From assembly GCA_951406725.2 (NCBI GenBank), contig OX597823.1:5890001-5954000 (forward strand): a DNA stretch of 64,000 bases. The letters are read 5' to 3'. The notes below the pieces were generated by a model. That model did no database searches, was not told where the DNA came from, and saw only the letters and a list, made by a program, of their open reading frames with translations. The DNA comes from Octopus vulgaris. Its lineage: Eukaryota. This document shows positions 37,446 to 51,900 of the stretch, piece after piece. Numbering within the stretch: position 1 is the stretch's first letter; every line of letters starts with the position of its first letter. Position numbers and translations under genes: made by a program.

Positions 37446-39218
37446 TCAATGTATGTATAAATTTATATATAAACATACACACATTCACTATATACATATA
37501 ATAAACAAACACTCATATACATTTGCAGAAATGTAACACCATATTTATTCAATTTTTTTGTGATTATATATTCACGTAGGTGGGGTGGGGGTGAAACAGA
37601 CAGATTTTTCAATGAAACTCCAACAGAATTTCAAATCTGTGTTGGCAGTGAGTTGCCTGATCAGTGTGTGCATGTGTGTGCATGCACAAGCGTATGGGAC
37701 AGCATGTAAATCAAGTATTTAAATGCTTTCCACAATAAACATAACTTCATTTTAAATGGCTCTGAGGAAGCTAAAAAAATGTCGAACATGTGCTCATCTC
37801 TGAATGCAATGCTTTTTATAGCAGAAACAGCAGTGAACTAATAAAAGTGATTATATAACATCTGTTCTTTTGTCCTTCAATGGTATATCTATCTATCTAT
37901 CTATCTCTCAATGTACACAGACACACTCAACTTGAATACTTTCTAATTGCAGTGTTGCATTCTTTTCCAGTTTAACACCAATGACAAATATTTAAATCTT
38001 AAACATACGTGAACAGAATTAGCTGTTTATCTATTTGTCTGTCTAGCTTTCTGTTGTTGTTTTCTTTCTCTCTAGCCACTCGTTTTGTGAGATATAAACA
38101 CACAGACACACACACTATCCACAAATAAAGTTTACTAAACTCCGAAACAATAATTGATGTCTGTTGTATATTTTAGTGCTGTGCTTCCATATTTGCTTAT
38201 CCTTATCTCTCTCTCCTCATTTTCTGTCAGTTACAACGATGAAAGATCCAGTTAGTCTGGTCAGTGCAAGTGGCTGAGTACTCCACATACATGCACACCC
38301 ATAACATAGTTCTCAGAGAGAGTCGGCATGACACAGAAACTGACAAAGCTGGCCCTCTAAAATACAGGTACTCCTCATTTTTGCCAGCTGAGTGGACTGG
38401 AATAAGGAATCAAACTCGCAACTTTATGATTGTAAGCTGAATGTCCTAACCCCTAAGCCAGTGCCTTCACTCCTCTTTCCCCTCAAACAAGCAACCAAAC
38501 ACACCCAGGCAGACATACAAACACTTATTACTACCAAATAATGGTCACCTGTTACCTGAAATGCTATTGGTTGAATAAGTTCCTGAACAACACAGCCAAA
38601 GCCACTTAAAAACATCCTGGTTGGCCAAGATTTATCCTGAGTACAAATTAGCACCAAAATCAATGAGACAGCTTGGCTCTATTTTTGATTGGTGATTGGA
38701 ACATTGATTAAAATGAAAGTTTGTATCATAGAACCACTGGGATGTCTCAGACAGGATGGAATCAAAAGGGTTTACAAAGCCAACAGCCAAAAATCGACCA
38801 TGGAGTTACTGACCCCTGGCCAGTAACTGGAGAATTTGTCTTGAAGAAACTTATTGAATCTCTCATGTTCTCATTCTTTCCCTCTCTCTTTGGAATAACA
38901 ACAAAACAAAACAAAACAAAACAAAGATGGTGTCACATATTACTACGTTCTCATTAAAACATCCATTTTCCTTGCTTGAAAATTATTTAAACAATATTTT
39001 TGCATAAAGTAAACTCTTGTGTTTCAAAGCACTGGAATTAGACATTTCTGTGTGCTTCTCTTGGTGTGTTGCAGCTGAATTATTATCTTAATAGGTGTGG
39101 CTTAGAGGTTTGCCTTGCAGCCACATGGTTTTTGGGTTCAGTCCCACTTCCTGGCATCTTAAGCAATTTTTTCCCACTGTAACCTCAGGCTTCATGAGTG
39201 CATTTGAAAGAAGCCTGT

Positions 39219-39256
<38 letters not shown>

Positions 39257-42200
39257 CTTGTTCTGACATAGCATGATAGTTGCAAATGAGTAGCGTTTGT
39301 TTGCAGTCTTCCATGAAAACATGTCTGGCCATGGGAAAATATTACAATATTACCTTGCTTAGAAATGAGCAAGCAAGTTGAAAATCTGCCTCAATAAACT
39401 CTGTGACACATGCAAGCATGGAAAATGGATATTCAAGTAATGACGATGAACGATGTGGGTTGTTAAGCCCCATTACAATATCCTTTCATCACCTTGATCC
39501 CCTCTGCCAGGAATGGGCAACCTTTTACAAGAGGTGGGCTGCACAAGATATGGCTCATCTGACAGGTCATATTACTAAAAAATTCAAGGAAATTTTTGAT
39601 TTGTTGGGCTAGTCAGAAAGTCTTGCAGACTGCTGGTTGACAATGTCTGCTCCCTATAACATTATTCCATTAGAAGTTCATTCAGAAAAATAAAATAACT
39701 GAATTTTGTTACATAACAAAACTGATATTAAAAAAGCTGGGAAGAATTAAAAGTAAGGTTCTTCTTTTTGTTCTGTAATGAACGAAATATTTTCTTTGCA
39801 AGTTTCTTATTGAGAATCAATTTTTCAGTGGATTTCACAAGAAATAAATTTTTGAATTGAGCAAAAAAATGTCTAACAATTGTAATACGAGAACATTTTT
39901 GGATATTCCTAGTGTCAGAGAAGTTTAAGTAACTTGTAAGAAGAGATGATGTCTTGGGATAGTCACTAAATTGCTGGTATGCCCAGTGATGGGAATGTTC
40001 TCTTGTGCGTGTCGTAAGTGTGTGTATGGTATATGTGTATACGGGAGAAAAAGTATGTAAAACAAGCCTAGAAATGTTTTCTTACATAAAATTAAGTAAT
40101 ATGTGTTGGTTGTATGTATGTGTGTGTGTGTGTGTGTATTTTTGTATACACAAATGTGAACATACACATACACACATACAGAGAAAAATAGAGAGAGAGA
40201 TGTATGTAAGAATGTATATTTGTGTGGTTGAAAATAATATACAATTTTTGACCATACACACACACACATGCTTGTATATAGAGAGAAAGACAAACTGCTA
40301 GCTAGATATGTGCGTACATGAATGTTTACACATGTTATGTGTATGGCTGATGTTAATACAGAACTTGCAATAATTTCTGTATGTATATATAACCCATACA
40401 TAATATCTTTGAACATATAAATGTATCAAAATAACCAATTTTACTATGAAAACAAAACAGAAAAACATTTACAATATGAATAAAAAAAAACAATGTTTCC
40501 TTCTCATTTATTAAATACTTTTTTGATATAAAAAAATACTTATAACATAAACATATCTCAAAATAGTTTAAATATTAAATGTGATCAACAAGATATATTT
40601 TGTATGCTGCACCATTAAAGGCTGCCATCTTGTTTCCCATGATGCACCTTCACATTTTCATATGTTTAATTGTATCTCCATTCATTACATACAAACCACA
40701 GTAAGTATATTCATAGTTTAGGGTCTCTATGTTTGTTTACTTGTTCACTTTTATTATTATTATTATTAAATTCTGTTTTTATGGATAATGGTATTTATTC
40801 ATATTTTGTCAATACTTTGCCAAGTAGAGTGAAATCTATGCTTTTGCTAATGATGTCAGAATAATACGGAAACAAGTACAGGATTGTCTTCAGTATATGC
40901 TAGAAAAAGTGTAAAAAATATTAGTCCTTGAACTATATGTGTATGTGTGAAAATTGGTAGATGAGAAGTATACAGAAAGGAACTCCTCAGGTGGATTGTA
41001 CTTGTAAATCAAATGGTACAGCCTTGTTACAGGACATGCTAATTCTGCCTGAGAATTGTGTCTGTGGAATAGCCAGCCACATGGTAATTCAGGAGCAGGT
41101 AATTCAGTAGATCAAACAACTGAATCGTCATTGAATAATATTGGTTTTTTTTTTGTTCATTTCTTAATTATTTCTCATTAGTTTTTTTGATGCTTTCTGT
41201 ATTAAACATCAACTTCTGGACATCATTCTCTTGAGTACTCTAGGCCCCACAGGGTCAGTTACCCAGTTTCCAAGACATATAAGTAACCGAGATCACAACT
41301 TTTCCCCTGAATGGGGCATCAGTCCATGGTAGGCTCATCCATTTACAGTTACATTTACAAAGTGGACTGGAGCAACGTGATATGAAGTGTTTTGCTTAAG
41401 AACACAATGCCAACCTGGTCTGGGGATTGAAACCATGACCTTGCAATTGGGAGCGCAACATCCTAGCCACTGACACTAAATCAACTACAACCAACTTAAA
41501 ACTGGCAAAATAGATACAGTTTTGACGTGGACATATTACTCCATTATTTTCCACATAGTCCTGGGTTTCATAGCTTGGATGGGTCACCAAACTGTACAAG
41601 TATATCTGTTATGTGCAGTGTGTGTATGAGGGCAAGGGTTAACAGAGGGGCCCTGGTTAAGGCCCCTAACATTATTTGCTTCAGTCTATCCAGATTGACA
41701 AAGATTTCACACCTTCAGGTGAAAGTTTAGCTGTATTAGTTCAAAGGATGCCCACCTATACAAAACACCTGCCCCCCTCTCTCTCTCTCTCTTTCTCCAA
41801 TATGTCAATATCCAGATTTTCTCTTCTGTTTCTGCAGTCAAATAAAATACAAATTCGAACAAATAAAATACAAATAAAAAAAATGTTCATAGTTCAGAAC
41901 TTCATATAATTTTTTTTTTTTACTGATTTTTCTTTATAAACAATTTAATTAAAAAAAAAATTTTTTTTTTTTCTAAAGTCTAAAAAATTTGTCTTTGAAA
42001 ATATTGGGAACAGAAAAAAAAAATCATTGAAGCAATTCTTACACATTTAAATTCAGAATTTTGAATTATGGAGATTAATTAATGACAGATAATTTAGTAA
42101 AATTAATTACAACATTGATATGAATAAATATCTGCCTTTTTTAAAATGATTTATAATAGAACAAATATTTTTAAGCTCTTAACCTGATCAATTATGTCTC

Positions 42201-42889
42201 TAAGCCAAACTAAGTTTTTTTTAATAATTTTTTTTCTTCATCCTCTTCAAGTTACTAACACGTATAGAATGTACATATTGTGTGTGTGTGCATGTAAGGC
42301 ACTTTTGAGAAATTTCCTAATATGTGTGTGTGTGTGTGTGTGTATAGGCACTTCCCAAACATATGGCTTTGGGTGTAATCCTACTGCATGGCATCTTGGT
42401 ATCTTCTACAATACCTCTGGGCCTTGTGAAAGAATTTGGTAAACAGAAATTGAAAGAAGCTATATAGATGTGTGTGTGTGTCTGTGTGTACCCTCATCTC
42501 GAACTCACATGATGATTGTAAGCGAGCATCCTCATCATACAAGTGGTGTTGTTCATTTCCAGTCTCCTGTGAAACTCTTGGATTGTGATGGGGAAAAATT
42601 ACTTTGCTTGGAAATAGATGAGGGTTAGAGACAGGAAGGGCATCCAGCCATAAAAAATCTGCTTCAAAAAGTTCCATCTGACCCATGCAAGCATGGAAAA
42701 GTAGACATTGAAAAGATAATGACGTGTGTGCATGAATGTATGTACATATTTATATATATATATATACATATATATATACACACACACACACCACATATGT
42801 ATGTGTGTATATATGATAAATATCAAAGAATATTTCTTACAGTTACCATACTGTGGATATACTGTTTTATATATATATGCATAGACAAG

Positions 42890-42962
<73 letters not shown>

Positions 42963-43827
42963 TTATTTGTTTATTAGAGTAGTAGAATCTTCACGGAGCA
43001 CTGTCCGATAAATAAAAATGTTTCAAATTTTTTTTTAAAACCAAAACAATGCAAATTATAAAAATTAATAAATCCAGGTCAATGGTTAGCACTGTTACCT
43101 TGTACTTCAATATTTCGGGGCTAGGATCCTTCTTCAAGAAAATTCATGGAGAAAAGATGTTGATAGCTGATGCCTCAATATGCACAAATACTATAAAGTA
43201 AAGAAAGCAGCTATCAACTCTTATTTTTTTCCCCATAAATTCCCTGCAGAATATTCCTAACCATGGATATTCTAAACCATGTAATATTGAAACAACAGCT
43301 AACAGGATTAACCATGGCTTTAAAGACAAATATTTAAAACATTTTTATATATGTTTGTATCTATGTACAATATATAAAAATAGATTTTGTTCTTTCCAGT
43401 AGTTGTTCAAGAGTGACGTTTAAGACAGCCTGCCACGGGCGGTATGCAGGTAAAAAAAAAAAAAAAGAAAATGATAAAAAAATGAAAATAATTATTTCAG
43501 ATTTCAATAATTACACTTTCTGCTTTCTTACTGGTATGATCATTATATATAATATGTGTGTGTGTGTGTGATCTTAGGTGTAGTGATAAATTAGTTAAGT
43601 TAAAGTTTCTTCTATTTTACACTATATTAAAGCTCTGTGTTCATGGCATTTCTATGTGTATGTGTAAATATGCTCTATACATATGTGTGTGTGTATGTGT
43701 GTGAGTGTGCATGCACATACACACATAGATACAAGCATATAAATATATGCATGAGTATATATACATGAATGTCTACACACATATATGCATACATACACAT
43801 ACATCTATATGTGTGTGTGCATGAAAT

Positions 43828-43870
<43 letters not shown>

Positions 43871-44035
43871 AATATTTGAACACACATCTACACACACACA
43901 CATATATATATACAATAGACATTACACATGCATACCTACATATAGGTATTAACATACATATTTTAATCAAAAGTTACAAAGTGATTCAAGGTCGAAGAGT
44001 TTAGTGCATGGCACTATATACACACCTGTGTGTGA

Positions 44036-44720
<685 letters not shown>

Positions 44721-44880
44721 ATAAATGTATATATATGTAGAACATTTTTTTTATATTCATTATCATTCATATAAACACACATATATGTATATATTTACAA
44801 ACACAGTAATAAATATATAATACATATATATATCTGTGCATAATACAGATGTTAATCCCCATAGATTCCGATTGGTTTTC

Positions 44881-44946
44881 TCATTGACGTGTGTCTCCAT
44901 TCAGTTCTTGCATGTCTTCTGGTTTCACTCTCTTAAAGAATCCACA
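44881..44946 (-). CDS. Integrin alpha last coding exon CGFFKRVKPEDMQELNGDTRQ*
   Basis: ctttcag| acceptor; GFFKR signature; TGA stop. Confidence 0.96.
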   Translation of the reverse strand, partial: CGFFKRVKPEDMQELNGDTRQ

Positions 44947-45601
44947 CTGAAAGGAGAAACAAACAGGTTTTTAGTATTTTAAAGACAAAATTTTATAAAC
45001 AAGAAAGTAAATTAAAGACAATTATTCAAGTTTTTCTCCTCTTTTCTCCAGAATTTCCAGTTTTTGTTAGAAAACACTTCAACAAAGACACACTTGTGTG
45101 AGTGTGTGCACTTTGAGTGTGAGTGTGAGTGAAGCGTTCTAGATTGGATGAATGGTTAGAAGTTTGCTTCCCAAATGATGATGTCCCACTCCCCTTATCT
45201 GCTACTGCTTCTCTTTCTTCTTCTACTTCTCATTCTCTTCCTTTCCCCCTTTATTATCCACTTTCTCATATTATCATCACCTTGGATGTTGTCCACTTTC
45301 TCCCATATTTCACTCTCAATTTTTACCCATTGTTTGCTCCCTAAGCAATATACAGGGTTTGGTCATCACATAACATAAGAGTGTACCTTTACATGCAAGT
45401 CAAATGAAGTAACACTTCCCAAATATTGTGCAATATTTTAGAGGCATTTTTATGCAATGATCCTCAGACAATTGCAATTAGGATTGAAGATGTGCTAAAC
45501 TCACTCATTGCCGTTTTATTTATATTATATGTTTCCTGGTTTACTTGCCAAAGATAATGAGGTGGAGGAAGAGTGAGATAGGGAGATATATGTATATATA
45601 T

Positions 45602-45633
<32 letters not shown>

Positions 45634-45829
45634 CATATACCGGAGTAAACACATAAATGTGAAACAAGGTGGAAAAAAGAGTACTCAAATACCAGTGGTA
45701 GAGTAATATGCTTTATTTTAAGCAGCAGAAAATTCAACAAAATCTGTTACTCTGAGTTTCCCGTTTCCGTTCGGAAACGGGAAACTCAGAGTAACAGGTT
45801 TTGTTGAATTTTCTGCTGCTTTAAATAAA

Positions 45830-45882
<53 letters not shown>

Positions 45883-46739
45883 TGGAGTATAACTCCAAGC
45901 TTACAGGGAAAAAATTCAATTTAATATTAAATCAAATTTCACGATATAAATATATAATATATATAAGTTAAAGAAAAACCACTATTATGTAATTCAAACA
46001 ATAAAATATATTATAAAACATCACAATAAAGTACATGGTAATAAATAAGCAGTATAATTATATAGTAATTATATACTCTTTATTTATTATTATGTACTTT
46101 ATTGTGATCTAGATAAATGTTTTATAATATATTTTATTTTTTCTATATGATTTGGTTTATGTCTATCATTGTTTGAATTGCATAATAGCGGTTTTATCTC
46201 TAATTTATATATATTATATATATATATGATGTGGGGGGAAGAGAGGAAAGATAATTATATATATAATTATGTAATATGTGTGTACATCAGTATGCATGTA
46301 AGTTTGAGTGTGTGTGTGTGTGTGTGTGTAATATTTTGGACTAATGAATATACATCAGTTAGTGTGCTGATGTGTCAAGTAAAGCACTGGCACATTTGGG
46401 GCTCCCTGATGTCATCCACAGTTTGGGGTGTATATTTCCTTTGGATTGGCTTCAGGAATTCCACAGAGTTAGTTAACACAATAATCAATCAAGAAAACGC
46501 AAGATGGAATTGGTATAACTATTTTGTACGATAATTGTTTCGATCCATCCTGCGACTGTCCCTTATGGGTGGGATGCTGTGCATCATACTATGTTGCATC
46601 CATGTTACAGCCTGGGTCCACATCAGACAAATAAAGTGGTGTCTTGATTTGGACAGTCATGTTGTTATTTGACCACTTCACTCAAGGATTATTGTACAAA
46701 ATGAAAAAGTTATATCAATTCCATCTGTTTACTTAATCA

Positions 46740-46775
<36 letters not shown>

Positions 46776-48125
46776 TATATCAGTTTGACAGATGTCTGTT
46801 ATGTTCCATCAAATGGTTGACAGTAATTCTTAACTTCCTGTATGTCACAGTATTGCACGATGACAGTGTCTTTGAGCCAATTCTGAAACACGCAATATCA
46901 CAATAACTGTATTAACCTTGCTTACATTCATTTTGAAGTAAATGAAGAAGTCCCTTAGGCAAGAGAGAAAAGTCTAACCCCTTCTATATTTACTTTTGTT
47001 CTGTAATTGAATCGTTATACAACCTGTCTTTTGATTTAAAAAATTTTCAATGGGATGTTCAAGAGTTAATTAGCTGGTCATCAATAAAGTTAATTGGTAC
47101 TTACCCACCACAATAAGACAATCAATAAAAATAGAAGCAATATTCCGGCAGCAACTGCAATAGCAATCACCCAAATTGGTATTGAGCGGCTTTTTGGAAC
47201 TAACTTTTCTGGATTTACAAGGGTGTACAGCTACAAGAAATACAAAGATTTATGAATATATTTTGGAAGAACAAAGATATAAAAAGATACAAATAATAAC
47301 ATTTGCTTTCATTTTGTAATATTTATTGGTTTGTTTGGTTTTACATCCATTTTTCTATGCTAACTTGGGTTAGACATTTATGTTATTGAAGAATTTGTTT
47401 TGCAGACAGATGCTCTTCCTGATGCTAACCCCATGTAAGGGACCTTTTATTCCACACTGCTTCGAAATTATGAAGTGAGTTGGTGATTTATTAACAGAAG
47501 AACTAACAACAACTCAGAAAATATCATAACCTTGGGTGACAGTTGTCAATACACACACGCACACACACACGCACATACACACACACACACACATACACAC
47601 ACACACACAACAGACAAATTTAAAAAAGAAACAAACCTCTTTTGTTGCTGAAGGAAAATCATAAGGATCCCATTTCAGGTCATAAGGAATACTTGTTACA
47701 ACTAGTTTAGCTTTGGACAGAATTTGATGTTTATCTAAATATTCCATCTGTAATGAAACAAAGCACATGTTATTATTATTATTATTATTAGTAGTAGTAG
47801 TAAGGTGACAAGCTGGTAGAATTGTTAGTGTGCTGGGCAAAAGGTTTAGTGGTATTTCGCCCATTGCTATGTTCTGAGTTCAAATTCTGTTGAGGTCGAC
47901 TTTGCCTTTTATTCTTTTCAGGGTCACTAAAATAAGTACCCATGAAACACTGGGGTTCACTCATCCCCTACCCCAAAATTGCTGCCCTTGTGGAAAAATT
48001 TGAAACCATTATTATTATTATTATTATTGTTATTATCATTATTATTATTATCATTATTATTATCATTATTATTATTATCATTATTATCATTATTATTATT
48101 ATTATTATTATAATTATCATTATTA

Positions 48126-48156
<31 letters not shown>

Positions 48157-48614
48157 CATTATTGTTATTATCATTATTATTGTTATCATTATTATTATCA
48201 TTATTATTATTATCATTATTATTATCATTATTGTTATCATTATTGTTATTATCATTATTATCATTATTATTATTATCCTTATTATTATCATTATCATTAT
48301 TGTTATTACAAATGAGGGCACATGGCCTGGTGGTTAGGGTGTTGCCCTCACAATCTAGCGATCATAAGTTCACTTCCAAGACTTGGTGGTGCATTGTGTT
48401 CTTGAGCAAAACACTCCATCTCACGTTAATCTATAATCACTTTGACCCCTGACACGTGGTACTTAGTGACCCTGGTCAGGCAATGTTGAGTTGATGCAGA
48501 GAGTGAACTAATAATGCACAGCATGAACATTGGATTGCTAGAAATAAATCATTCGTGCAGGACGTTCGGCAAAAAGCTGAATGCCTTTATGTTGTCTTCA
48601 ATGAAAGAGTCCAA

Positions 48615-48649
<35 letters not shown>

Positions 48650-48866
48650 GAGTCAAAATTAAAAGAAGAGTGCCATTGTCATCTAGTGAACAATATTTTG
48701 ACATCTTGTGTGTCTTCAACTGGTTCAAAAAATAATTTTGTCAATCTACTTCATTTTGGTTAATATAGAAAGGTTTGAGGTAACTCCCCCTGAAGATATA
48801 GAGTCAAAAATCCTTTTAATTTTGACTCTATAACTTCAGGAGGAGTTACCTCAATCCTTTTTTTAA

Positions 48867-48925
<59 letters not shown>

Positions 48926-51900
48926 ATTATTATTATTATTACATGCTACATTTTTTGGCAGGAATGTCTTGAGTTTTGATGACAACAAGTCTCCTCAAAT
49001 TTCAAGAACATTTCTATGGATTCTGAGTAAAATATGGCACAGATGTGCCATTTTGTATTTTTTTACTTATCCATATACATACTTAGCTTTCCTTCTTTTT
49101 CTCTTTTTGGTCTTCTCTGTTTCAATCTAGTTTTCTGATTAACATAACATGTTTGATAATTTGGGTAAACACTATTTTTAATTTGGTTTCAATTAATTAT
49201 GCATCACAATAATGTAATTATACATTTGCTGGTGTTCATATTGTTGAGGCGCAATGGCCCAGTGGTTAGGGCAGTGGACTCGCAGTTGTAGGTTCGCGGT
49301 TTCAATCCCAGACCGGGCATGGTGAGTGTTTATTGAGCAGAAACACCTAAAGCTCCACGTGGCTCCGGCAGGGGGTGGTGGCGAACCCTGCTGTGCTCTG
49401 TCACCACAACTTTCACTCTTTCTTCCTGTTTCTGTTGTACTTCTATTTCAAAGGGCCAGCCTTGTCACACTCTGAATCTCCCCGAGAACTACATGTCTGT
49501 GGAGTGCTCAGCCACTTGCACGTTAATAAATGAGTTGCGACTGTCACTGGTGCCAAGCTGCATCGGCCCCTTTGCTTTTCCCTTAGATAACATCAGTGGA
49601 GTGGAGAGGGTATGCGGGTATGCATGGGTGACTGCTGGTCTTCCATAAACAACCTTGCCTGGACTTGTACATAGGAGGGGGAACTTTCTAGGTGCAATTC
49701 CATGATCATTAATGACCGAAGGGGGTCACACAATCTTAAGGTGTTCATATTAGTGAATTAGCTGTTGAGCAGAACGTATGAACTATATGTGAAATTTATG
49801 CTTTTTGAGACATACATTTGTGCAGAATGTGTGACTAATACAATAAACAAGATATAATATTTAGCAGAGATGTTAGACAAGAAAACTAAACAGCTATCTT
49901 ACCTTTAATAGGGTACTTGTCCATAGTTTTGATCTTACTTGAACTAATATGTTATCACCCTTTTTTAAATATCCTAAAGTACAAGTAATGTTACTGCACC
50001 ATTTTCCAGTACAGTTCTGAAAAAGAAAAGAAAGGTACCATTTAAAAGAAAAAAAAATCTATATAAATAACTCTGGGAGGGTCATACTGTCAATAAGCTT
50101 ATACATACTGGTTGTATTTTACTTCAGTTTTAGTTGTATTAATCTACCATAAACTAGTTAAGAACTGAAGTGAAGTACAACCAGTGTAGGTGGTTGTTGA
50201 CTTTATGACTGTCCCAAAGTACAACAATAGCAATTTCAACAAAGTGTTGTAATAAAATTCTTGCACAACAAATTCAAAGAAGAAATATTTAAATGACATT
50301 TATTTAATTATTAAATTGTTATGCAACTGTTTAATTGTGAGATATAATAATGGTTTCTAATTCAGACACAAGGCTGTCTACTTTATTTTATCAACCCTGA
50401 AAAGATGAAAGCACTCAATACACTCTGTAAAGTTGTTGGCGGCATTAGGAAGAGCATCCAGCAATAGAAACTTTGGAACAGGATGCAGTCCCTAAACCTG
50501 TTGGATCCTCTCAAACCATCTAACCCCTGCTAGCATGGAATACAGAATACTAAATGATGAAGATGATGATGAAGTGAGATGGTGGAATAAAAATTTAATT
50601 TGAGTCGTGTTTCTATAATTTCACAACATCAGGGTGTACTGGATGGAGTTTTGAAATCAACAGCACTTGTGAGACCACCATGCAACCTGAGGAAGGTAGC
50701 TTTATGCTGAGAATTTAAAGTATGAAAGAGGGAGCCAGAGCAGAAAGGGTTTATTGTTGCAGAGGATATAAAGGGTCATTCACAGATCAGAAGAAAGAGT
50801 GAGAGTGGTGTGGAGTGGGGAGTTGGAAAGAGGTAAAAAGGAAAAAAGAAGCGAAGATATTTGTGGGTGAATGCTTAAAGGATGAGGTAAATGGAAGCAG
50901 GGAGAGGAGAAGGGGGAATGTGAGTGGGTGGGGTTTATGAGAATGTGTAGAGGAGTGAGAGATGGGAAAGGGTGACGAGGTGGATGTAATGAATGAAGAA
51001 CAAGTGTTGAGTGGAGGAGGGGGGTTAGGGGAGAGTAGGTGACAACTGTAGAGATTGGATAAGGTCAGGAAATGGGGGATAAGGTGTGGGGTGGGTGGAT
51101 AACCAATGCATTCAGCATATTTGTATGTAGCAATGCCCCTAACCCATGCTAGCATGGAAAAATGGATGTACAATGAATATTCAAATATATGTGAGATAAA
51201 TGCTTAAATATTTCCTTGAGCAATGTTGGGTGGTGAAGAGTTAGACAAAATATATCAAGTGATATGAATAATGGAAAGAAAGGGAAAAGATATTCTATTA
51301 CCTAACATCGGTTGTTTTATGAACCTATAATGTTCCCCAAAACACTATAATGGTCTGTCCATAACAGCACATTTCTCAGAACTGTATCTTTTCTTTCTTC
51401 TATTTGAAAAGATGAATTTTTCCCGAAATAGTATAGGACCATTATAAAACAATATCGTTCCCTCTTTGTCTTCATTCATTGACATTATCTTGGATATTTT
51501 GTTTTAATTCCTCACATTCACTGCTCAAAGAATTTTCATTTTTTTTCTCAAATATTTCATTTACGCATATTATTACAATGCTTCAAAAAAATTACAACAC
51601 TCTACTCTTTGGACAAACACCCACAAACACGCACATACCAATGTGTATAGGAATTTTTCCTCTGTCTCTCTTCTCTTTCTGGTATTGGACAGCTGGAATT
51701 TTTTCTGCAAAAGAAAACATTGAAATTAAATCATACAAGCAAAACCGAAAGACAAAAGAATCAAGTAGTTTCCCATATTTTCGTTTTAATTCTTGATTAG
51801 AAACTCATCCTAAAACTATAATTTTCCAGACAATTAGCCTCTGTTTTGGAGATGAAGTTTTCTGTTCAGTATTACACTTCCATCAATTTGATCTGAGGTC

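Noticed and set aside
47942-48452. Poly-Ile and poly-Leu ORFs
   Set aside because: (ATT)n microsatellite
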